Assembly (NCBI GenBank): GCA_031370785.1
Contig: JANMQY010000120.1
Location: 1 to 10,171, forward strand
Direction: 5' to 3'
Length of the DNA: 10,171 nt
From: Candidatus Eiseniibacteriota bacterium
GTDB lineage: Bacteria; Eisenbacteria; RBG-16-71-46
Shown here: positions 1 through 6,493 of the stretch, piece after piece
Layout: each line of letters begins with the position of its first letter
Position numbering within the stretch: position 1 is the stretch's first letter
The notes under the pieces: generated by a model
Told to the model about the DNA's origin: nothing
The model's input: the letters and a program-made list of their open reading frames with translations, nothing else
Database searches by the model: none
Made by a program: the position numbers and the translations under genes

Positions 1-237
1 AACCTCGTCACCACGCTGGTTCTACCGGTCAGGCTGGTGGCAGGGAGCCCATTTGAGGCCGCGTTCTACCTCGAATACGGAACCGGCCCCGGCCAGTCCA
101 GCGCGAACGCCCAAGCCACCGGCACATACCGAATAAGTGGCCTACCGCAGGGCGTGCGCCCCATCGCGTGCATGGGCGCCGACGTGACGCCGGCGCGAAG
201 GACGAGCTGGGGATCGCTGAAGCAGCGCTACCGGTGA
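1..237 (+). CDS. 3' end of a hypothetical, probably exported, protein with a C-terminal TPxxxxSWGxLKxxYR motif (5'-truncated by the window edge)
   Basis: Frame 1 is open from base 1 (NLVTTLVLPVRLVAGSPFEAAFYLEYG...) to TGA at 235-237, so the track start at 37 is probably internal. It ends ...DVTPARRTSWGSLKQRYR*, a terminal motif I recall from many secreted proteins of Eisenbacteria/Krumholzibacteria-like lineages. Confidence 0.75.
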   Translation, partial: NLVTTLVLPVRLVAGSPFEAAFYLEYGTGPGQSSANAQATGTYRISGLPQGVRPIACMGADVTPARRTSWGSLKQRYR

Positions 238-260
238 GGCCAGAACCAGGCCGGCGCGGA

Positions 261-1241
261 CTACTCCGCTGACCCGCTCAGCTGACGAGCGGCCATCAGA
301 TAGCGCATGGCTTCCTGCCGGCGTCCGAGGGATTCCAGCAGCAGTCCGAGATTGCAGTGGGCGTCGGCGAAGTCGGGGTCGCGCAGGACCGCCTGCCGAT
401 ACGCGTGCACCGCTTCTTCCCGCCGCCCCAGCTCCTCGAGCAACACGCCCAGATTGAAGTGCGGCGTGGGATCGTCGGGATCGAGCCTGACCGCTTCCCG
501 ATAGTGGGGCTCAGCACGGCCGCGCTCGCCGATCAGATGCAGCTGTCGACCGAGATTCACGTGCGCCTCGGGCATGTCCGGGTTCAGGTCGAGCGCTTGC
601 TGGTAGGCGTCGCGCGCCTGCTCGGGCGAGGATTCCTCCAGCTCGCAGGCGGTCTGATACCAATCCTCGGCGGTGGGCGCGGCGTCCACGCTGCGCCGCG
701 GGACCAGCTCCTCAGCGTAGAATTCGAAAGCTTGGCCCTGGCCGTGGGTCTGGGGCGTGTCGACTTCCGACATTGTCGACGCGACGGGGCGTGACACGAG
801 CCGGTGGCGCGCGGAATCCGCCGCCTCTTCGGCGCGCTCGGCGATCTCGCTGGCCTCGAAGTTGAGGAGCATCTGGCCCGAGTCCGGCCGCCAGAGCGTG
901 TCCCCGTCGGAGGCAACGACCTCTTCGCCGTCGGTGCGAATCGAGATGCTGGTGAGCGGCAGCTCGGCCGAAAGCTGCTTCCGAAGCGAGACCCAGATGC
1001 GCCGGATCTGGCGCATCGGCACGCCCGACTCAAGCAGGCCTTTGGTGGTGCGCAGCAGCAGCAGGTCCTGGAACCCGAACGACAGCGGTCCGATCGGTCC
1101 GCGCTGCGGGGTCAGGAGCCCGGCCCGGGCCAATGCGCGCAGACGCGCTTCGGGAACCTCGAGGATGCGCGCCGCTTCGCGCAGCGAGAAACGCTGAGCC
1201 GAATTCGGCTCGGCGCGCCCCTCCTCGGCGCTTGCCCTCAT
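261..1241 (-). CDS. MerR-like HTH domain + tetratricopeptide repeat protein (326 aa), downstream of ku
   Basis: ATG at 1241 follows a GGGAGG SD and lies 25 bp after the ku stop; the track start at 1424 overlaps ku. The N-terminus FSLREAARILEVPEARLRALARAGLLTP...FGFQDLLLLRTTKGLLESGVPMRQIRR is a MerR-type winged HTH. The C-terminus has about four TPRs (AEDWYQ...ALDLNPDM; PEAHVNLG...AVRLDPDD; PTPHFNLG...AVLRDPDF; ADAHCNLG...). Confidence 0.88.
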   Translation of the reverse strand: MRASAEEGRAEPNSAQRFSLREAARILEVPEARLRALARAGLLTPQRGPIGPLSFGFQDLLLLRTTKGLLESGVPMRQIRRIWVSLRKQLSAELPLTSISIRTDGEEVVASDGDTLWRPDSGQMLLNFEASEIAERAEEAADSARHRLVSRPVASTMSEVDTPQTHGQGQAFEFYAEELVPRRSVDAAPTAEDWYQTACELEESSPEQARDAYQQALDLNPDMPEAHVNLGRQLHLIGERGRAEPHYREAVRLDPDDPTPHFNLGVLLEELGRREEAVHAYRQAVLRDPDFADAHCNLGLLLESLGRRQEAMRYLMAARQLSGSAE

Positions 1242-1266
1242 CGGTCCGCCCTCCCTGGCCTGCGCC

Positions 1267-2166
1267 TCAGCGCTTGCCGCCCTGAACCTTCTTCTCGCGG
1301 GCAGCCGGCTCGGCTTTCTGCCGCGCGCGCGCAGCCGGCTTCTTTTCGAGCTCCGAGACTTTGCCAACTCTGCCAGCCGCCGCGCCACCGGTGCCGCGCT
1401 TGCCGAGGCTCTGCTTGAGCGCATCCATCAGATCGATCACCTGGGTGCGCTGGGCCTGCGGCGCGAGCGACGTCACTTCCTTGCCTTCGACCTTGGCTTC
1501 GACCGCCTCGAGCACGCGACCCTGATACTCATCGGCGTACTTTTCGGGAGTGAACTTCTCGCTCGTGAGTTCCTTCACCAGCCGTTGCGCCAGCTCGATC
1601 TCGCCCGGCTTGAGCTTCGCGTCCTCGCCTTTGTCCACTTCGCCGAAATCGCGGATCTCGTCGGCGAAATACATGGTGTGCAGCATCAGTCCCTTCTGGG
1701 AGGGGCGAATGAGCACCAGATTCTCCTTGCCGCGCATCACGAATTTGGCGAGCGCCACGCGCCCTGCCTCCTTCATGGCGTCGGCGAGCAGCCGGTAGGC
1801 TTTCTCCCCGCCCTTGTCGGGGCCCAGATAGTAGGTCTTCTCGAAGTAGATCGGGTCCACCTGGTCGAGCGGGACGAACTCGGCGATGTCGATCATCCTG
1901 GACGCTTCGCCCTCGAGCGCTTTCAGCTCCTCTTCGGTGAACTGGACGTACTGGTCCTTGGCAAACTCGTAGCCTTTGACCAGCGTGCTTCGCTCCACCA
2001 CCTCGTTGCACGTGGGGCAGATCAGCTGCTGGCGAACGCGCCCGCCGCACTTCTGATGTATCTGGTTGAACGAAACACCGCCCGAGGACGAGGAGGAGAA
2101 CATCTTGATCGGAATCGAGACCAGGCCGAAGGAGATGTTCCCCGACCCGATGGAGTGCGGAGGCAT
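1267..2166 (-). CDS. ku: Non-homologous end-joining DNA end-binding protein Ku (299 aa)
   Basis: ATG at 2166 with a GGGAGG SD. Bacterial Ku motifs: SIGSGNISFGLVSIPIK, LVKGYEF, IDIAEFVPLDQVDPIYFEKTYYLGP, KAYRLLADAM, VIDLMDALKQSL, then a basic C-terminal tail. Confidence 0.97.
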   Translation of the reverse strand: MPPHSIGSGNISFGLVSIPIKMFSSSSSGGVSFNQIHQKCGGRVRQQLICPTCNEVVERSTLVKGYEFAKDQYVQFTEEELKALEGEASRMIDIAEFVPLDQVDPIYFEKTYYLGPDKGGEKAYRLLADAMKEAGRVALAKFVMRGKENLVLIRPSQKGLMLHTMYFADEIRDFGEVDKGEDAKLKPGEIELAQRLVKELTSEKFTPEKYADEYQGRVLEAVEAKVEGKEVTSLAPQAQRTQVIDLMDALKQSLGKRGTGGAAAGRVGKVSELEKKPAARARQKAEPAAREKKVQGGKR

Positions 2167-2226
2167 TTTCGAGTTCCTCCCGTAGAGACAATGGCAACAG
2201 CTGGCACCAAGGCTAGCACCGTGATT

Positions 2227-2235
2227 TGCTATCCT
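2227..2235 (+). promoter_or_regulatory. Possible extended -10 element (TGcTATCCT) for the ligD operon, in the 124-bp ku/ligD divergent region
   Basis: TG-n-TAtccT lies 55 nt upstream of the ligD ATG in a locally AT-richer patch. No recognisable -35. Confidence 0.35.
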
Positions 2236-2290
2236 CAACGTCGTCCTCCTCTCATCGGCCGCCGACCCCGGGAACATTGAGCCCCCTTTC

Positions 2291-5062
2291 ATGCCCTCCG
2301 CTCGCAGTCCCCGCGAAAAATCCCGACCTGAGCCGCGAAAGCGCGACGCCCAGAAGGGCGGCGCGAAGAAAGGCAAGGCCAGCAAGCGCGACGTCAGGAA
2401 GCGCTCCCCGGCCCCCGGGCCCGCTCCGCTCGAGACCTACCGGCGCAAGCGCGACCCCGATCGCACCACCGAGCCTTTCGGCAGGGTGCCCGCCGCGCGC
2501 CCCGCAGTGCCGGGCTCCGCGGCGCCGACTTCCGCCGCGCCCGCGCGTTTTGTCGTGCAACAGCACTGGGCGCGCAACCTGCACTGCGACCTCCGCCTCG
2601 AGCTGGAGGGCGTGCTCAAGAGCTGGGCGGTCCCCAAGGGTCCCTCGGTGCGGGCGGAGGAGAAGCGGCTCGCGGTACACGTCGAGGATCATCCGCTCGA
2701 ATACGCGAACTTCGAGGGCGTGATCCCGGCCGGGAACTACGGCGCCGGATCCGTGATCGTGTGGGACCGTGGCACGTATCGCTCGTTCAAGCCCGAAGAC
2801 ATCCGCGAGCAATACGCGCGCGGCAAGCTCGAGCTGGAGCTTTTCGGGCACAAGCTCGGCGGCCGCTGGACCCTCGTGCGCATGAGCAAGAGCGAGAAGG
2901 ACTGGCTGCTGCTGAAGAAGGTGGACGATGCGGCCTCGGATCAGGACGCACTCACGCGCTGGCCGCGCTCGGTGATCTCGGGCCTCACCGTGCAGGAGAT
3001 GCGCGACGCGCCCGGCTGGCTCGCCGAACTGCGCGCCCACGTTGCCGCGCTCGAGGCGCCGCGTGGCGTCCTGCGCGCGGACCAGGTGCGGCACATGCTC
3101 GCCACGCTGGCAGAACAGCCGTTCTCGCGCCCGGGCTGGGTGTTCGAGATCAAGTATGACGGCGTGCGGGTGATCGCCGAGCGCCGCGGTGAGGAAGTGC
3201 GGATGCTCGGGCGAAGCGGCGAGGACATCACCGCGCGCTATCCCGAGATCGCGGATGCGCTGCGCGGGCTCAGCGTGGAGCAGATCGTGCTCGACGGCGA
3301 GATCGTGGCCTATGACGAATCGGGGCGCCCGAGCTTCGGCCGCCTGCAGAAGCGCATGCTGATTTCGCGCCCGCGCGACGTCGCCGCGATGATGGCGCGC
3401 GTGCCGGTGCGGGCGGTGTTCTTCGACTGCCTCGCGCTCGAGGGCCACGACCTGCGCAAGCTCGCACTGACCGATCGCAAGGAGTGCCTCGCGCGCGCCC
3501 TGCCGCCGGCCGGCATCGTCCAGGCAGGCGATCACGTCGCGGAGATGGGCGAGGCGTTCTTCGAAGCCGCGAACGAGATGGGACTCGAAGGGATCATCGC
3601 GAAGCGCGCCGACAGTCCGTACACGGGGAAGCGCTCAGCCGACTGGGTCAAGATCAAGGGCCAGCGCCGGCAGGAGTTCGTGATCGGCGGCTACACCGAC
3701 CCGCGCGGCGGTGGGCGGCATTTCGGCGCGTTGCACGTCGGCGTCTACGAGGACGGCAAGCTCCGACACGTCACGCGCGTCGGGAGTGGCTTCGACGACG
3801 CCACGCAGGATGTCCTGTGGCGGCAGCTTCAGCCGCTCAGCCGCAAGGAGTCGCCCTTCGGCGCATCCGGGCCCAAAGCACGCGTCGATCACTGGGTCGA
3901 GCCGCAGCTCGTGTGCGAGGTGCGCTTCACCGAATGGACCGCGGATGGCGGCCTGCGCCATCCGATCTTCATGGGAATGCGCACCGACCGGAAGCCCGAG
4001 GAGATCCGGCGAGAAGCCGAGCGGAGCGCGGAGAACGATGCCGCACTCGAGACCGGCGCGGTGCCCGCCTTGCCAACTGATCTCGCGAGCGACGACCGCG
4101 TCGCCTCCGGCTCATCCGGCTCGGATCGAGGCCCGGATGCGCAGGCCGATCCCGAGCAACGCGTGGTGCGCCTGAGCAATCTCAAGAAGGTCTTCTGGCC
4201 GGACGAGGGCTATACCAAGGGCGATCTCATCGCGTACTACGACACCGTCGCTCCGCTCATGCTGCCCTACCTCAGGGAGCGCCCGGCGGTGCTCACGCGC
4301 TACCCCGACGGCATCAAGGGCAAGTCGTTCTTCCAGAAGGACGCGCCGGTATTCGTGCCCGATTGGATACGCACCGAATCGGTCTATTCGAAGGACAGCG
4401 ACCGCGACGTCCGCTTCTTCGTCATCGACGACGTCGAGACGCTGCGCTACGTCGCGAACATGGGAACCATCCCGATCCACATGTGGAGCTCCCGCGCGGG
4501 GTCGCTGGAGAAACCCGACTGGCTGGTGCTCGACCTCGACCCCAAGGGCGCCCCGTTCGCGCACGTGGTCGAGGTCGCGCGCGCCGTGCACGATCTGCTC
4601 GAGGAGCTGGAGCTGCCGAGCTACCCGAAGACTTCGGGGCAGGCCGGGCTTCACATCCTGATCCCGCTGGGTCGCCGTTACACGCACGAGGAGTGCAGGA
4701 CCTTCGCCCGCCTGCTCGCCACACTCGTACAGCACGCGAAGCCCGAAATCTCGACGCTCGCGCGTCCGCTTCACGCGCGGGGCGGCAAGGTGTACGTGGA
4801 CTGGGGGCAGAACGGGCACGGCATCACCATCGTCGCGCCCTATTCGTTGCGCCCGGTCCCGGGCGCTTCCGCCTCGTGTCCGTTGCGATGGAACGAGGTG
4901 AACGGCAAGCTCGACCCGGCGCGCTTCAACCTGCGCACGTTGCCGAAGCGATTCCAGAAGATGGATGATCCGCTCGCCGGCGTGCTGGGCAAAGGCGTGG
5001 ACATGGCGGTGGCGCTCGCCGCGATCGAGGAACGCATGAAACGCAACGAGGAGCAGAAGTGA
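2291..5062 (+). CDS. ligD: DNA ligase D (923 aa): 3'-phosphoesterase, ATP-dependent ligase and primase-polymerase domains (PE-LIG-POL order)
   Basis: PE: YRRKRD..TEP, FVVQQHWARNLHCDLRLE, KSWAVPKGPS, KRLAVHVEDHPLEY. LIG: EIKYDGVR (KxDG), LDGEIV, FFDCL, EGIIAK, WVKIK, LRHPIF. POL: RYPDGI, FFQK, VLDLDP, KTSGQAGLHI, VYVDWGQN, APYSLR. Divergent from ku. Confidence 0.97.
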   Translation: MPSARSPREKSRPEPRKRDAQKGGAKKGKASKRDVRKRSPAPGPAPLETYRRKRDPDRTTEPFGRVPAARPAVPGSAAPTSAAPARFVVQQHWARNLHCDLRLELEGVLKSWAVPKGPSVRAEEKRLAVHVEDHPLEYANFEGVIPAGNYGAGSVIVWDRGTYRSFKPEDIREQYARGKLELELFGHKLGGRWTLVRMSKSEKDWLLLKKVDDAASDQDALTRWPRSVISGLTVQEMRDAPGWLAELRAHVAALEAPRGVLRADQVRHMLATLAEQPFSRPGWVFEIKYDGVRVIAERRGEEVRMLGRSGEDITARYPEIADALRGLSVEQIVLDGEIVAYDESGRPSFGRLQKRMLISRPRDVAAMMARVPVRAVFFDCLALEGHDLRKLALTDRKECLARALPPAGIVQAGDHVAEMGEAFFEAANEMGLEGIIAKRADSPYTGKRSADWVKIKGQRRQEFVIGGYTDPRGGGRHFGALHVGVYEDGKLRHVTRVGSGFDDATQDVLWRQLQPLSRKESPFGASGPKARVDHWVEPQLVCEVRFTEWTADGGLRHPIFMGMRTDRKPEEIRREAERSAENDAALETGAVPALPTDLASDDRVASGSSGSDRGPDAQADPEQRVVRLSNLKKVFWPDEGYTKGDLIAYYDTVAPLMLPYLRERPAVLTRYPDGIKGKSFFQKDAPVFVPDWIRTESVYSKDSDRDVRFFVIDDVETLRYVANMGTIPIHMWSSRAGSLEKPDWLVLDLDPKGAPFAHVVEVARAVHDLLEELELPSYPKTSGQAGLHILIPLGRRYTHEECRTFARLLATLVQHAKPEISTLARPLHARGGKVYVDWGQNGHGITIVAPYSLRPVPGASASCPLRWNEVNGKLDPARFNLRTLPKRFQKMDDPLAGVLGKGVDMAVALAAIEERMKRNEEQK

Positions 5063-5757
5063 GCAGAGCAATGCGAAGCGCGGCGGGCGAGTCGGTCGAG
5101 CAGCGCATCCGCGTGCCCGAAGCCGGCGAAGTGTCGGCGCTGCTGCTCGCGCCAGTGCGCCCGAGCGCGCTCTACGTGCTGGCTCACGGCGCGGGCGCCG
5201 GAATGCGGCATCCATTCATGGAGGCGATCGCGCAGCGGCTGGCCGCGCGCAGGATCGCCACGCTGCGCTATCAGTTCCTCTATACCGAGCAGGGCTCCCG
5301 GCGACCCGATCCCGAGCCGGTGCTGACCGCCACCGTGCGCGCCGCGGTCGCGGCGGGGCGTGAGGCCGCGGGCGGTGTTCCGCTGCTCGCCGGGGGCAAG
5401 TCCATGGGCGGCCGCATGACTTCACGCGCCGCCGCGGCGGCACCGCTCGAAGGCGTGCGCGGGCTGGTGTTCCTTGGCTTCCCGCTGCACCCGGCTGGGC
5501 AGCCCGGCGTCTCGCGCGCTGAGCACCTCGCGCAAGTGGATCTCCCGATGCTATTCCTCCAGGGAACGCGCGATGCGCTCGCCGACCTCGCTCTGCTCGC
5601 GCCGATTGTCGAGCGGCTTGGGCGACGCGCGGTCCTGCGCGTGATCGAGCACGCGGATCACTCTTTCCACGTCCTCAAGCGCAGCGGCCGCACCGACGAG
5701 CAGGTGCTCGACGAGCTGGCCACCGCGGTGACCGAATGGCGGGAGGAACTCGCGTGA
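5059..5757 (+). CDS. Alpha/beta-fold hydrolase, KANL3/Tex30-like (dienelactone hydrolase-like) family (232 aa)
   Basis: Oxyanion region LAHGAGAGM, nucleophile elbow GGKSMGGR (Ser115), FLGFPLHP, QGTRD (Asp172) and DHSF (His201) give a complete triad. The GTG start overlaps the ligD stop (GTGA 5059-5062), with a GAGGAG SD. Confidence 0.92.
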   Translation: MSRAMRSAAGESVEQRIRVPEAGEVSALLLAPVRPSALYVLAHGAGAGMRHPFMEAIAQRLAARRIATLRYQFLYTEQGSRRPDPEPVLTATVRAAVAAGREAAGGVPLLAGGKSMGGRMTSRAAAAAPLEGVRGLVFLGFPLHPAGQPGVSRAEHLAQVDLPMLFLQGTRDALADLALLAPIVERLGRRAVLRVIEHADHSFHVLKRSGRTDEQVLDELATAVTEWREELA

Positions 5758-6461
5758 GCGTCAAGGCGTGGATCGGCACCAGCGGCTATTCCTATCCGGA
5801 GTGGAAGGGCAACTTCTACCCCGAGAAGATGGCGGCGAAGGGCATGCTGCACTTCTACGCCGGGAAGTTCCCGACCGTCGAGATCAACAACACCTTCTAC
5901 CGGATGCCGAAGGAGGACGTGCTCAAGGGCTGGGCCGAGCAGGTGCCCGAGCACTTCGCCTTCGTGATCAAGGCTTCCCAGCGCATCACCCACATGCAGC
6001 GGCTCAAGGAGTGTGGCGAGCTGCTGAGCTACCTGTATCGTGTCACCGCAACGCTGGGCCCGCGGCTCGGGCCGCTGCTGTTCCAGCTTCCCCCGAACTT
6101 CAAGAAGGATGTGCCGCGGCTCGAGAGCTTCTTCGACGACATGCCTGAGCGGCGCCGGGTTGCGGTCGAGTTCCGGCACGCGTCCTGGTTCGACGACGAA
6201 GTCTTCGAAGCACTGCGCGCCCGGGGCGCTGCGCTGTGCGTCGCCGATACGGGGGAGGAGCCCGCGGCTCCGCTGGTGGCCACGACCGACTGGGGCTACC
6301 TGCGGCTGCGGCGCGAGAATTTCAGCGACGAGGAGCTGCGCGACTGGGCGCGACGCATCCGCGAACAACCGTGGAGCGACGCATTTGTTTTCATGAAGCA
6401 CGAGGAAGAAGGCAAGGGCCCCAGGCTCGCCGCGCGGCTGACGGAGTTCTTCGCAGAATAG
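5754..6461 (+). CDS. DUF72 (YecE/YunF-like) TIM-barrel protein (235 aa)
   Basis: Family motifs WIGTSGYSYPEWKGNFYP, YAGKFPTVEINNTFYR, FVIKASQRITH, LGPLLFQLPP, AVEFRHASW, YLRL. GTG at 5754 overlaps the hydrolase stop (GTGA) and has a GGGAGG SD at 5741-5746, so it is preferred over the track start at 5736. Confidence 0.93.
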   Translation: MSVKAWIGTSGYSYPEWKGNFYPEKMAAKGMLHFYAGKFPTVEINNTFYRMPKEDVLKGWAEQVPEHFAFVIKASQRITHMQRLKECGELLSYLYRVTATLGPRLGPLLFQLPPNFKKDVPRLESFFDDMPERRRVAVEFRHASWFDDEVFEALRARGAALCVADTGEEPAAPLVATTDWGYLRLRRENFSDEELRDWARRIREQPWSDAFVFMKHEEEGKGPRLAARLTEFFAE

Positions 6462-6493
6462 GTTCGGCGGCTAACGGAGGGCCGCGATCCCAA

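Noticed and set aside
238..260. Bidirectional terminator between the convergent genes
   Set aside because: The 23-bp gap has no convincing stem or T/A tracts.
1242..1424. ORF-track N-terminal extension of the TPR gene (and the analogous 6236-6493 extension of the helicase)
   Set aside because: They overlap the upstream genes in another frame and are low-complexity Arg/Ala-rich. Downstream starts have SD sequences and coincide with domain starts.
2192..2230. Sigma54-like TGGCAC...GC elements in the ku/ligD intergenic region
   Set aside because: The GG-to-GC spacings I counted are 9 or 11 nt, not the required 10.
2579..2602. LigD PE motif HCDLRLE, deviating from the usual HYDFRLE, as a sign of inactivation
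   Set aside because: The metal-binding His/His/Asp and the other PE catalytic residues (Arg, EDH, Tyr) are retained; only non-ligand positions differ.
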